Notes: generated by a model from the sequence alone, not told the origin. A DNA stretch of 64,000 nucleotides from Bacteroidales bacterium (GCA_024413595.1 JAKSUC010000002.1:35335-99334), one strand, 5' to 3'. Positions 45,077 to 55,725 are shown, counted from the stretch's first letter. Translations and numbers: made by a program.

Positions 45077-45880
45077 ATGAAAATAACCAATTTAAAAATA
45101 GTATTATTGACAACAACATTATTTATGTTGGCTTGTAGCAAAGAGTCAGACACTGACCCTGAAAATGGTGATAATCCTTCGTCAAGTGACCAAAATTATA
45201 CTTATCACGAAACTATGGATGGAAAAGTTGAATGGAAAGATGCGTCAAAAAACACATATTTTTCAGGAAACAAAGATCCGTTTAGAACAATGACAAGTGA
45301 TAATTATATTAAAATATCGCAAACATCTGGCAAAGGAAATGGTAAATTAAATAATTATTGTCTTGGAACATTTGGAAGTCAGTTAAATTGTTTTTCATCA
45401 GGATTTGAAACGGAATTTAAATACGTTTCAGGCGATTTAAATAATTATGGAGTATCATTAATTGGCAAAAAATGGGGCGGATCTTCTAAAAGTGGTTATA
45501 CTTATCAAATGGTTGACGAATATAGATTTTCTTTGTATTTAGATGGGAAATTTGAAATAAATTATTATCCGTCAGCTGGTTATAATGATAATAAAACATC
45601 GATAGCTTCAATTTTACCAGAAGAGTCAAATATAAATGTAAAACCCAAAGCATCTAATATATTGTTAATTCAGTCATCAAAAAGTGGAATTCAAGTTATT
45701 ATGAACAAAAAATTGATTTATACAATTCAAAACCCAACAGTAGAGTCAGGAATGATTGCAATATTTCAATCACAACCAAGCAAAACAGATTGTTCAGAAA
45801 ATCCACTAGAAATGTATATAAAAATATTAAATGTTCAAAGTAATGAGAAAAATGAAGATAATCCAATGAATAAACAATAA
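45077..45880 (+). CDS. lipoprotein of unknown function
   Basis: 267 aa with lipobox FMLACS. I recognise no family motif. Confidence 0.5.
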   Translation: MKITNLKIVLLTTTLFMLACSKESDTDPENGDNPSSSDQNYTYHETMDGKVEWKDASKNTYFSGNKDPFRTMTSDNYIKISQTSGKGNGKLNNYCLGTFGSQLNCFSSGFETEFKYVSGDLNNYGVSLIGKKWGGSSKSGYTYQMVDEYRFSLYLDGKFEINYYPSAGYNDNKTSIASILPEESNINVKPKASNILLIQSSKSGIQVIMNKKLIYTIQNPTVESGMIAIFQSQPSKTDCSENPLEMYIKILNVQSNEKNEDNPMNKQ

Positions 45881-45964
45881 CAAAAACATATTCATATTTT
45901 GAGTTTTTTTAACTCAAAATATGAATTATGTAAAATTAATGTATTAAAAGCAATAACCGTTATT

Positions 45965-46516
45965 TTATCTTATACGATCTTCAAAACGTTTAATAACAAT
46001 AGAATCTATATATTCTACACGTCTTTTAGGTTGATGACGTTTTTCGTATCTATTTTTAAAATATTGATAAGCCAAATCGTTTTTCAAAATTTCTTCAACA
46101 ATATCATATAACTTTTTAAAATTTTCGATACGAGATTGAGGAAGAGTATTTGTTTCATATTTCTTTTTATTAAGGAAATACCATTGTTTAGACGAAACAC
46201 TTAATGGTAATTCATTATACATTCTAACATATTCATACATACTCTTAAAATTTTCCAACCATTTATAATCGCTTTTTTTAGAAGTTAGGTCAGAATAAAT
46301 ATGTTTAATTCTTTGAATTTCTGTTTTGTGTTCATTAGATAAGATATCATAAAATTTGTTGATATCGTTCCACCAATTATGAAGTTTTAATTCTTCTATG
46401 TTTGATACTATACAGAATGGAAAATGTTTTTCACGTTGTAAAAACATTTCAATTTTTTGAAGATTTTCTGAAAATAATCTTTCAATTTCAATTACTTGAG
46501 TATTTCTCTTGTTCAT
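45965..46516 (-). CDS. hypothetical protein (possible helicase-associated 'HA' repeats)
   Basis: 183 aa with repeated W-x-x-x-F/Y helices (HNWWNDINKFYDIL; YKWLENFKSMYEYV; KQWYFLNKKKYE). The assignment is weak. Confidence 0.3.
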   Translation of the reverse strand: MNKRNTQVIEIERLFSENLQKIEMFLQREKHFPFCIVSNIEELKLHNWWNDINKFYDILSNEHKTEIQRIKHIYSDLTSKKSDYKWLENFKSMYEYVRMYNELPLSVSSKQWYFLNKKKYETNTLPQSRIENFKKLYDIVEEILKNDLAYQYFKNRYEKRHQPKRRVEYIDSIVIKRFEDRIR

Positions 46517-47311
46517 TGTTTATTATTTTTTGAGTTTTGAATTATTCTTTTTTTAATTAATATATAATAAAAAAAACTTTCAATTTTTTACTATTTCAAC
46601 TTGAATGTTATAATAATTTGTAAAATTATTTTTAGAAATTATACATTACTTTTATATTTATTTATAATATAAGGTTAAGTAATATTAATCTATCTTTTTT
46701 GTAATAAATTTCAAATTGATATATTACTTGTTATATCACACATTCATCATTAAACTAGTGTATTTTGTTAAGTATTTCTTTATTAGTATATTCATTATTA
46801 AAAATCTATCTTTATTTTATGGGACAAATATAATAATAATTATTTGATTAATCATTAACAATATTAATAATTTTTCAAATTTTTAATTATTTTAATTTAA
46901 TCCTCTAAAAGTATGTTTTGTTTTCGTGTTATTTTTGTTGATATATTAATTTAAACGATTGATTATTAATTAAATACATGTGTATGAATTTAGACAAGTA
47001 TAAATATTTAATCTCACGAATTTTGAAACATTTACCAAGTGATTATAATAAAAATATTCAATTTAATTTTTTTTTCATATAGCTAATATCTATTTTTGTT
47101 CCATCTTTTAGTCTTTGTGCAATAATAATTGGTAAATTTCATTTATTGATTTTTAATTAATTTTTTTTCAAATATATTTTTATATAATAGTATTTGTTAT
47201 CATTTTTTTTATTCTACATGATATTAATAAGATTTTATTATTTAGAAGATTTTTTAAATATTAATTCTTATTTTTCTTTTCTTTTTTTATTTTTGTCAAA
47301 AATCAGTAATC

Positions 47312-48040
47312 ATGACAAAAATTATAACAATTTTGTTTTTATTTTTATCACTTTCTGTTTTTTCACAACAAAAAAATGGAATAGTTTTTACGTTTTCTTT
47401 TGATGATAAACCTTTGATTTTAAACGAATTTCGTGAGAATTCTATAAAAGATATGAAATATTGTATTTGTCAAAGTCAATATTTTATTTCTAACATAAAA
47501 TTGATTAATAAAGATGGAAGTGAACAATATTTTTCTAATAAAATTCATTATGTTGATGCCGAAATACCTTCAACTTTGCAATGGTTTGTAGACGATAATT
47601 TTTCTTTAGAAAATGTTGAATATTTGACTTTTACTTTTGGTTTTGATTCAATATCTAATCGCAGTTATATGTTTAAAAATCCGCCTGAAAATCTTATGTT
47701 CTGGCCTGATTATTTAGGTGGTGGTTATCATTATATGAAAACTAATATTCGTTTTGTGGATAATTTTAATGAAAGTTATGTTTTTAATTGTCATATAGGT
47801 CGTGGACAAGTTTATGATGAAGAAAATGAGCCAATTAGTTATATTGATAATGATTTTTCAGTTACTATTCCTATAAAAACAACAAAAATTAATGATAATG
47901 ATTTTGCTATCATTAATTTAAATTTAGCAAAATTGTTTGATTCTCATTCTGCTTTAGAACTTATTGATTTACGTGGTATTATGAATAATCAAAAGGCTAT
48001 GAAAATGTTTTCTGAAGAATTAAAAAATGCTTTTGAATAA
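47312..48040 (+). CDS. MbnP-like periplasmic (copper-binding family) protein
   Basis: 242 aa with a signal peptide. It lies immediately upstream of a di-heme peroxidase (3-nt gap), as in MbnP-MbnH pairs. The beta-rich sequence includes YFISNIKLINKDG and GGGYHYMK. Family call is from memory. Confidence 0.5.
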   Translation: MTKIITILFLFLSLSVFSQQKNGIVFTFSFDDKPLILNEFRENSIKDMKYCICQSQYFISNIKLINKDGSEQYFSNKIHYVDAEIPSTLQWFVDDNFSLENVEYLTFTFGFDSISNRSYMFKNPPENLMFWPDYLGGGYHYMKTNIRFVDNFNESYVFNCHIGRGQVYDEENEPISYIDNDFSVTIPIKTTKINDNDFAIINLNLAKLFDSHSALELIDLRGIMNNQKAMKMFSEELKNAFE

Positions 48041-48043
48041 TTT

Positions 48044-49189
48044 ATGAAACACATTTATATATTATTCTTTTTATTTTTTATTGTAGGCTGTAAAATTAAT
48101 AATAGCCCAAGTATTTATTCGCCAATAAAATATGATATTGGCGTTCCAATGTTTCCAGATTCGTTGAATATTCCTAATGATAATCCATTAACAGTAGATG
48201 GTGCTAAACTAGGAAGATACCTTTTTTATGATGTAAGACTTTCAGGAAATAAAAATAAACCAATGAGTTGTGCCACTTGTCATAAACAAGAAAATGCTTT
48301 TGAATGTGGAATAAATGAGTTTCCTGATGGTCGTCCTATTGGAAATTCAGGACAAAAAACTCCGAATGTTATGTTACCACTTTTTAATGTGGTTTGGAAC
48401 AATAGTGGATATTTTTGGAATGGTTATGTTTCAAAATCTAACACAACTTTAGGAAGTGAAAAATACGGAGTTCCTGCTGATTCAATTTATTCAATAACAA
48501 ACATAGAGTCAACAGTTTGGATGGGAATAGCGGCACCTCATGAGATGAATGGTGATATTGACAAAACTGTTAAATTAATAAGTAAAGATCCATTTTATCA
48601 AGATTTGTTTTTTAAAGCATTTGGAACCAAAGAAATTAATATAACATTGATTTCAAAAGCAATAGCACAGTTTGTACGTTCAATAGTTTCATTTGAGTCA
48701 AAATTTGACCGTTTTATGGCTGGTGAACTTCAACTTTCAAAATCAGAAATGCGTGGTTTAATGTTGTTTACTACAGAGGGCGCAGATTGTTTTCATTGTC
48801 ATGGTAGTCCTGCGTTGCCACTTTGGACAACAAATCAATTTATGAACAATGCAAAAGATATTGAATTTGAAGGTCAAAATGATAGATATGCAGTAACAAA
48901 AAATCCTATGGACAAAGGAAAATATCGTGTTCCAACTCTTAGAAATATTGAATTTACAGGACCATATATGCACGATGGAAGATACAAAACTCTTGATGAA
49001 GTTTTAGAATTTTATAACAATGGACTTAAACGTTCGCCATATGTCGATCCTTTGTCAATAAATGCAAATCATGGAGGTATGCACTTGAGTGATAAAGATT
49101 TAAAAGATTTAAAAGCTTTCCTTTTAACATTGAGTGATACCGCTTTTATTCACAATCCTAAATATTCAAATCCGTGGGATAATAATTAA
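48044..49189 (+). CDS. di-heme cytochrome c peroxidase (MauG/MbnH-like)
   Basis: 381 aa with two CxxCH heme sites (CATCH, CFHCH) and PTLRNIEFTGPYMHDG. Confidence 0.85.
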   Translation: MKHIYILFFLFFIVGCKINNSPSIYSPIKYDIGVPMFPDSLNIPNDNPLTVDGAKLGRYLFYDVRLSGNKNKPMSCATCHKQENAFECGINEFPDGRPIGNSGQKTPNVMLPLFNVVWNNSGYFWNGYVSKSNTTLGSEKYGVPADSIYSITNIESTVWMGIAAPHEMNGDIDKTVKLISKDPFYQDLFFKAFGTKEINITLISKAIAQFVRSIVSFESKFDRFMAGELQLSKSEMRGLMLFTTEGADCFHCHGSPALPLWTTNQFMNNAKDIEFEGQNDRYAVTKNPMDKGKYRVPTLRNIEFTGPYMHDGRYKTLDEVLEFYNNGLKRSPYVDPLSINANHGGMHLSDKDLKDLKAFLLTLSDTAFIHNPKYSNPWDNN

Positions 49190-49722
49190 CAAACCACTTC
49201 ATTCATTTTAATATCATGCTCTTCGTTAGGGATATTTTCTAAAAGTTGAAATGGAAAACAAACACCAATTTTGTAAGCATTTGTTAGTTTCGGTAATAGT
49301 CTATCATAAAAACCTTTACCTCTTCCTAAACGATTTTTTTGTTTGTCAAAAGCCATTCCAGGAATAATGGCTAAATTAATTTTATGATAATCACATTCTT
49401 CAAAAATTTTTCCTGTTGGTTCTAATATACCAAAAGCACCGATTTTTAGAGAATTTTTATCTGAATAAACTTTCAAAACTAAATTTTCTCCTTCTACAAC
49501 AGGTAATAAAATGTTTTTTTGGTATAACTCTGCATTTTTGATAAGAAGTTGAGTGTCAACTTCATCAGCTAAAGAATTGTATAATAAAACATTAGTAGAA
49601 GCGCGCCATAATCCGTCATTTATAATGCTTTTGCATATATTTTCTGACATAGAAAAAAGTTCCGACTTAGAAAATCTCAATTTTCTAAGTCGGACTTCTT
49701 CTCTAATTTGTTTTTTATTCAT
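49186..49722 (-). CDS. 5-formyltetrahydrofolate cyclo-ligase
   Basis: 178 aa. GMAFDKQKNRLGRGKGFYDRLL signature. Confidence 0.85.
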   Translation of the reverse strand: MNKKQIREEVRLRKLRFSKSELFSMSENICKSIINDGLWRASTNVLLYNSLADEVDTQLLIKNAELYQKNILLPVVEGENLVLKVYSDKNSLKIGAFGILEPTGKIFEECDYHKINLAIIPGMAFDKQKNRLGRGKGFYDRLLPKLTNAYKIGVCFPFQLLENIPNEEHDIKMNEVVC

Positions 49723-49766
49723 TATATTGATTTAAATAATCAGTTATTTCTACTCACTACAAAACA

Positions 49767-50492
49767 TCAATATTTTTTAAACCAACTAACAATTTTCATT
49801 TTTAGCACACCCCACACAGCTTCACCAAAAATATTAGTGCTCATTTTTGAAGTACCTTGTTTACGATCGGTAAAAATGATTGGAACTTCTTTGATTTTAA
49901 ATTTCTTTTTCCAAGCAGTGAATTTCATTTCGATTTGAAAACCGTATCCTTTCATTTTAATATGGTCTAAATTAATAGCTTGCAACACTTTTTTTGTATA
50001 ACAAACAAAACCTGCTGTTGTGTCCATAATTTTCATTCTAGTAACAGTTCTAACATACGCAGAACCATAATAAGACATTAAAACACGTCCAATAGGCCAA
50101 TTAACAACGTTTACACCAGAAATATATCTACTTCCAATCGACATATCATATTTGTCAATAGCGCAAGCATTATAAAGATTTATTAACTCTTCAGGAGGAT
50201 GCGAAAAGTCGGCGTCCATTTCAAAAATGTAGTCATAATTATGTTCTAAACTCCACTTAAAACCTGTAATATAAGCAGTTCCAAGTCCAAGTTTTCCACT
50301 ACGTTGTATCATAAATAAACGATCTGGATATTCAGCCATTATATTTTTAACAATGTCGGCAGTTCCATCTGGTGAATTATCGTCAATTACCAAAATGTCA
50401 AATGGTTCTGGTAATTTAAATACAACTCTAATTATATTCTCAATATTTTCTTTTTCCTTATATGTAGGAATTATTATAACTTTATTAGACAC
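49767..50492 (-). CDS. polyprenol-phosphate mannosyltransferase (GT2, Dpm1-like)
   Basis: 241 aa. VIIIPTYKEKENI, DDNSPDGT and MDADFSHP motifs. Confidence 0.8.
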   Translation of the reverse strand: MSNKVIIIPTYKEKENIENIIRVVFKLPEPFDILVIDDNSPDGTADIVKNIMAEYPDRLFMIQRSGKLGLGTAYITGFKWSLEHNYDYIFEMDADFSHPPEELINLYNACAIDKYDMSIGSRYISGVNVVNWPIGRVLMSYYGSAYVRTVTRMKIMDTTAGFVCYTKKVLQAINLDHIKMKGYGFQIEMKFTAWKKKFKIKEVPIIFTDRKQGTSKMSTNIFGEAVWGVLKMKIVSWFKKY

Positions 50493-50504
50493 GATTGGTG
50501 TTTT

Positions 50505-51521
50505 TTAAAATTCAAAAAATGTTTTCTTTTTCTTAATGATGCTATTGTAAACTATACTACCATTATATATTTCTTTATGGTTATAGTTTACGGCGATTTT
50601 TTTTAATTGTTTTCTCTGTTTTATTAGAGTTGGTAAATTAAAATAAAATGCAAAATGTGCTTTTATAACGGCTATAAAATATGAAAATTGTAATTTGCAT
50701 AAATAAATTATTGCCGAAATACCATCAAGACACATTCTAAACCATAAAATAGGTAATAACCTTTTAGGAGACAGATTTTTATACAACATTTTCAAACTAT
50801 TTCTGTAATTCAAAAATAGTTTGTGTGGATTTCCTTGATTTAAAGTACCTCCACCAAGATGAAAAACTTCAGCCTCTGCACAATATAAAACTTTCATACC
50901 CAAGTTTTTAACTCGCCAGCAAAAGTCTATTTCTTCCATGTGAGCAAAAAAATTATCGTCTAAACCGCCACACTTTTTATAAATATCTGCTTTAACAGCC
51001 ATAAAAGCACCAGATGCCCAAAAAATATCTTTGTTTACCAAATTATATTGACCATTATCAGGTTCTATATTTTCTAAAATTCGTCCTCTGCAAAAAGGAT
51101 AACCAAACATATCTATAAAACCACCTGCTGCTCCTGCATATTCAAACATTTCTGGTGATTTTAGAGATTTTATTTTTGGCATAGCAACGGCTACATCTTG
51201 ATTTTCTTCAAGCAATTTTATTAATGGTGTAACTGCGTCGCTTTTTAGTTCTATATCGCTGTTACACAATATAAAATAATCGCTTTCTATTTGGTTTAGT
51301 GCCAAATTATAACCTTTTGCAAATCCATAATTTTGGTCTAATATAATAATTTTAACTTGTGGAAAATTGTTTTTTAATAAGTTAATTGAATTATCGGTGC
51401 TATTATTGTCGGCAACAACTACCTCATAATTAGGTTTATTACAATATTTAATTATTGACGGTAAATATTCGTTAAGAAATTTTTCTCCGTTCCAGTTTAA
51501 TATAACTATTGAAACTTTCAT
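50505..51521 (-). CDS. glycosyltransferase family 2 protein
   Basis: 338 aa. VSIVILNWNG and VADNNSTDNS, with a DxD-like NSD and a C-terminal TM region. Confidence 0.8.
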   Translation of the reverse strand: MKVSIVILNWNGEKFLNEYLPSIIKYCNKPNYEVVVADNNSTDNSINLLKNNFPQVKIIILDQNYGFAKGYNLALNQIESDYFILCNSDIELKSDAVTPLIKLLEENQDVAVAMPKIKSLKSPEMFEYAGAAGGFIDMFGYPFCRGRILENIEPDNGQYNLVNKDIFWASGAFMAVKADIYKKCGGLDDNFFAHMEEIDFCWRVKNLGMKVLYCAEAEVFHLGGGTLNQGNPHKLFLNYRNSLKMLYKNLSPKRLLPILWFRMCLDGISAIIYLCKLQFSYFIAVIKAHFAFYFNLPTLIKQRKQLKKIAVNYNHKEIYNGSIVYNSIIKKKKTFFEF

Positions 51522-51528
51522 CGGTAAA

Positions 51529-52320
51529 TTATTTCATATAATTCTTAACTTTGTTAAGAAATTCATCATAAACGTTATTTCCTGCAGCAATAATTTCACC
51601 GCCAAAAATATAATTATCTTCTCCGTTAAAATCACAAACTTTACCACCTGCTTCTTCAACAATAAAAGCTCCTGCAGCAACGTCCCATGGATGAAGACCA
51701 TATTCATAAAAAGCCTCAAATCTTCCGCAAGCTGTGTATGCTAAATCTGTAGCGGCAGAACCTAAACGTCTCATACCATGAGTATTAATCATCATATCAG
51801 CCATAGATTTCATAAATTTGTCCTGACGTGAAAAATCATAATATGGAAAACCAGTTGCTATTAACGAGTCTTTAAGATTGTTTCGTTTTGAAACAAAAAT
51901 TTGTTTGTTGTTAAGATATGCTCCATTTCCTTTTGACGCAGCAAAACATTCATCCAAGCCTATTTCATAAACAACACCTACAACGGTTTTATTATTTTCT
52001 TGAAGAGCAATGCTTATGCAAACAGGAAAAATTCCATGAATAAAATTGGTTGTTCCATCAAGAGGGTCTACAATCCAATTATAAATATCCCCACGATCGT
52101 TTCTTGTTCCCTCTTCGGCAATAAATCCTGCTTCAGGTACTATTTTAGATAGTTGTTCAACAATTTTCTTTTCAGAAGTTTTGTCTACGTAAGAAACAAA
52201 ATCATTTTTCCCTTTAATTTCAATTTTGTTAGTATCAAAATTGTCGTGTTCGTGACGAATATATTTTCCAGTTTCAATAGCAAGTTTTGAAACTTCGTCA
52301 CATATTTTTTTGTAGTCCAT
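51529..52320 (-). CDS. inositol monophosphatase family protein
   Basis: 263 aa. IVDPLDGTTNF and WDVAAG motifs. Confidence 0.9.
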   Translation of the reverse strand: MDYKKICDEVSKLAIETGKYIRHEHDNFDTNKIEIKGKNDFVSYVDKTSEKKIVEQLSKIVPEAGFIAEEGTRNDRGDIYNWIVDPLDGTTNFIHGIFPVCISIALQENNKTVVGVVYEIGLDECFAASKGNGAYLNNKQIFVSKRNNLKDSLIATGFPYYDFSRQDKFMKSMADMMINTHGMRRLGSAATDLAYTACGRFEAFYEYGLHPWDVAAGAFIVEEAGGKVCDFNGEDNYIFGGEIIAAGNNVYDEFLNKVKNYMK

Positions 52321-52328
52321 TATAATAA

Positions 52329-53558
52329 TTAATCTTTTTTTTCTATTATTTCAGCATTTGGTATTTGAGGAATTTGTTCAATAGGTTTACACAATTCAGA
52401 AATTTTGTCTCTAAATTTATAAGTTAGAAAAATAATAACTGCACCAGAAATTAATAAACCAGTAGCAATCATTTGAGCTTGTGTAACTTCCATTCCTAAA
52501 ATATTAAATTTATTATTTACTCTAATTTGTTCAATTAGTAAACGTTCAATACCTTGCAACGACAAGTAAATACCAAGCAACATTCCTGGAAATTTGATTT
52601 TTTTTCTAATACAAAAAATAATTCCAAAAATAATAAGCATCATTAAACTTTCGTAAAGCGAAGTAGGATAAACACTTTCAGCTAACATTCTGCAATGTTG
52701 ACCAGTACAATCAGGAATATGAATGCCATTATTAATCACATTGTGAGGAAAATTACTGCTCCAAGCCCATTCTGGTATCCAAGAAGGACAAGGATTATTA
52801 TTAACAATTCCCCAACATCCATCACCTGAAATTTGACAACCTAATCTACCTAAAGCATAACTCATAGGTAAACCAAATGCTGCTGCATCAAGTGTATGAA
52901 ACGAATTGATTTTTAGTTTTTTAAGGTATATTGCACCAGCAGTACCACCAACAATTAATCCTCCAAAAAAAGTAAGGCCACTAAAAGAAAATAATTCTCC
53001 AATCGGGTCGGCTAAAAATCTGTCAAAATTTTCAAGATTGTGAAAAATTTTTGCACCTATAATACCAAATAAACCAGTAACAACTAAAATATTGCCTGTT
53101 AATTGGTGAGGCATTTGTTTGATAATTACTGTTTTAGGTTTATCAAGTTTTTTCTTATTTCTATCATACCAAGTATAACCAGCAGTAATAAGTCCGCAAA
53201 TTATACCTCCAACCCAACTACCGCGAGTTGAAAGTAAAAATTCTTGTGCATTTTCTGAAAATTCATTATAGTTAAAAATGATTTCTACAACTTTAAAACA
53301 AACTAAGAATGTTAATAAAAAAGATGAGATTAATTCTAAAGGAGTTGCTTTTTCACCTATTTTATCAATTTTGTATAGAGCGCACATAAGACCTTCTGAC
53401 TCTTTACGTTTATATTCAGAAGTCATGATAAATGCTCCAACTATAAAAGCAACCGCAACAAAAAAACCATAGGTTTGAATTGGAAGTGAAAGATTTGTTC
53501 CTATAAAATCATTAATTGCATCACTTATAGTTGGATAGCTTAATAGAATAAATTTCAT
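52329..53558 (-). CDS. lgt: prolipoprotein diacylglyceryl transferase (extended form)
   Basis: 409 aa. GLTFFGGLIVG, GRLGCQISGDGCWG (in place of the usual GRxGNFxNGE) and PTSLYESL motifs, in a polytopic protein. Confidence 0.7.
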   Translation of the reverse strand: MKFILLSYPTISDAINDFIGTNLSLPIQTYGFFVAVAFIVGAFIMTSEYKRKESEGLMCALYKIDKIGEKATPLELISSFLLTFLVCFKVVEIIFNYNEFSENAQEFLLSTRGSWVGGIICGLITAGYTWYDRNKKKLDKPKTVIIKQMPHQLTGNILVVTGLFGIIGAKIFHNLENFDRFLADPIGELFSFSGLTFFGGLIVGGTAGAIYLKKLKINSFHTLDAAAFGLPMSYALGRLGCQISGDGCWGIVNNNPCPSWIPEWAWSSNFPHNVINNGIHIPDCTGQHCRMLAESVYPTSLYESLMMLIIFGIIFCIRKKIKFPGMLLGIYLSLQGIERLLIEQIRVNNKFNILGMEVTQAQMIATGLLISGAVIIFLTYKFRDKISELCKPIEQIPQIPNAEIIEKKD

Positions 53559-53787
53559 TTTTTTAGAATTATAATTTTATAAAGTTGCGAAATTATAAAT
53601 TAATTTTGTTATTGCAAAACTGAAATACTTCTTTAATATTAATTATTAAATTATTATATTTTTTTTTTATAAATAAAATCAAATAAAATTTAATGAATAT
53701 ATTTTTTGAGAAAATTAATTATTGACAAAACAAAAAAAATATTATCTTTGTGTATTTACAAATTAAAAATATTAAACCTAAGACAAT

Positions 53788-54252
53788 ATGGAAAATCAAG
53801 TAGCAGGTTGGTTAGTGTTACACACTGAAGGAAAAGAAGTTATAAGTTTTGAATTAAAAGAAGGTAAAAACCGAATTGGTAGAAAAACAACTCAAAATAG
53901 TCCAGAAATTTTTATTGATGGCGATTTGTTTGTTAGTAGAAATCATGCAGTTTTGGTTGTAAGAAAAAATGAAAAAACTGAATATGAATATATAATAGCA
54001 GATAATACTGAAATTCAAGGAAAACCTAGTTTAAATGGAACTTATATTAATGGAAATAGTGAACGTTTAGGAGAAAGTCCTGTTAAACTAAAAGATGGTG
54101 ATACAATTCAAATTGGATTAACTAAATTTGTTTTAAAAACTTCAACTGTTGCCATTAATGCAGAAGACGCTATAAAATTGGCTGCTAAAGTTGAATATAC
54201 AAATACCGTTGAATTTGAAAATTCTCAAGCTGTTTTGCGTAAACGTTGTTAA
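53788..54252 (+). CDS. FHA domain-containing protein
   Basis: 154 aa. GR...VSRNHAVL...SLNGTYING...L..GDTIQIG pattern. Confidence 0.85.
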   Translation: MENQVAGWLVLHTEGKEVISFELKEGKNRIGRKTTQNSPEIFIDGDLFVSRNHAVLVVRKNEKTEYEYIIADNTEIQGKPSLNGTYINGNSERLGESPVKLKDGDTIQIGLTKFVLKTSTVAINAEDAIKLAAKVEYTNTVEFENSQAVLRKRC

Positions 54253-54267
54253 TTATAAATTTTTGTT

Positions 54268-55725
54268 TTGATGATAAAAAAGATTAATATTTTATTATTA
54301 TTGTTATTGTTTTGTAATTATATTTATGCTCAAAATATAACAATAGAAGGTAATGCTAAATCTTATGCAGGTGATACGTTAAATATTTATGTTAATGATA
54401 ATTATTTAACAAAAGATAACAAAATTATTTCATCTGCTATTGTTAATCAAGAAGGAGATTTTAATTTTTATATTAATATTAATGAAACTCAATTAGCTTA
54501 TATTGATTTATCTGTTTTTGTAGGTTACATTTTTTTAGAGCCAAAACAGAATTTAACTATTGTATTGCCTACAAAACAACAATTAAGAATTGAAGATCAA
54601 TTAAATCCATATTTTAAACCAATAAAATTTTATGTAAAATGTTTAAATTGTTTAGACGACGATTTAAATATCTTGATACCTAAATTTAATGAACTTTATA
54701 ATCAAGCACTTGATACAATTTTATTTACATCATACAAAGATTTTTCAAAATCATCAACCGACAAAATTAAAAAATCTATTTCAGATAAATTTCCTACTAA
54801 AAATAAATATTTTATTGATTATAAAGATTATACATTTGCAATGTTAGATTATACAGCATATCATAGAAGTAAAGATGATATTGTAGAAAAAATGTTTACT
54901 AACAGAGATGTTTTATTAAATAATCCAGCATATATGGATTTGTTTGAAGAAATGTTTTCAAATGTTTTGTCTGGTGGTCAAACTTCGGTTATTAGTGTAA
55001 AAAACATTTATTCAGGTATTTATGACAAAAGTTATAATACTTTAAAACATATTTTAATGAGTGATAAAAAACTATCAGGAAATGATTTATTAACAGATTA
55101 TGTTATTTTAAAAGGATTATACGATAGTTATTATTGTGATGAATATCCTAAGGAATATTTAATTGCAGTTACCGACTCATTAATGTTAAATTCAAAACAT
55201 AAACAAGTTAAAGCAATAGCACAATCATTATCTCAAAAATTTACAAAATTAATGGTTGGTTATCCAGCACCACAATTTAGTTTAAAAGATAAAAATGGAA
55301 ATGATTTTATTTTGCAACAGCAATCAAAATTTGTATATATAACATTTTTTAATCCAAATAGTTATACCGCACAATCAGAATTTGAATTGTTAAAACAAAT
55401 AAGAACAGAATTTCCACCCGAAGTATTAACAATGGTAACAATATTTGTATCGTCACAACAATCAGAAATGCAACAGTTTTTAAATAAAAATCCAGATTGT
55501 AATTGGTCGATAGTATGGTATCAAGGTGATAATCAATTATTAAGAGATTATAATGTAAAAGCCTATCCTTCGTATTATATGGTAAATCCAGAAGGAAATT
55601 TAATAATGAACCCAGCACCTTCGCCTACAGAAAATTTTCAACCTAAATTTGCCTCTCTTATAAATGATTGGAAAATTTATCAAGCAAGAAAACAAGCTCG
55701 CGAAAACGATAAAAAATTAAGATAA
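54268..55725 (+). CDS. thioredoxin-fold (TlpA-like) protein lacking the CxxC motif
   Basis: 485 aa with a signal peptide. It has the same N-terminal beta-rich/helical/C-terminal Trx layout as 35618 and 37049, but the active-site position reads FFNPNSYTAQSE. Confidence 0.5.
   Translation: MMIKKINILLLLLLFCNYIYAQNITIEGNAKSYAGDTLNIYVNDNYLTKDNKIISSAIVNQEGDFNFYININETQLAYIDLSVFVGYIFLEPKQNLTIVLPTKQQLRIEDQLNPYFKPIKFYVKCLNCLDDDLNILIPKFNELYNQALDTILFTSYKDFSKSSTDKIKKSISDKFPTKNKYFIDYKDYTFAMLDYTAYHRSKDDIVEKMFTNRDVLLNNPAYMDLFEEMFSNVLSGGQTSVISVKNIYSGIYDKSYNTLKHILMSDKKLSGNDLLTDYVILKGLYDSYYCDEYPKEYLIAVTDSLMLNSKHKQVKAIAQSLSQKFTKLMVGYPAPQFSLKDKNGNDFILQQQSKFVYITFFNPNSYTAQSEFELLKQIRTEFPPEVLTMVTIFVSSQQSEMQQFLNKNPDCNWSIVWYQGDNQLLRDYNVKAYPSYYMVNPEGNLIMNPAPSPTENFQPKFASLINDWKIYQARKQARENDKKLR

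Noticed and set aside
46517-47311. Replication origin in the long AT-rich spacer
   Set aside because: I found no DnaA-box-like 9-mers by eye and no dnaA, dnaN or other origin-linked genes nearby.
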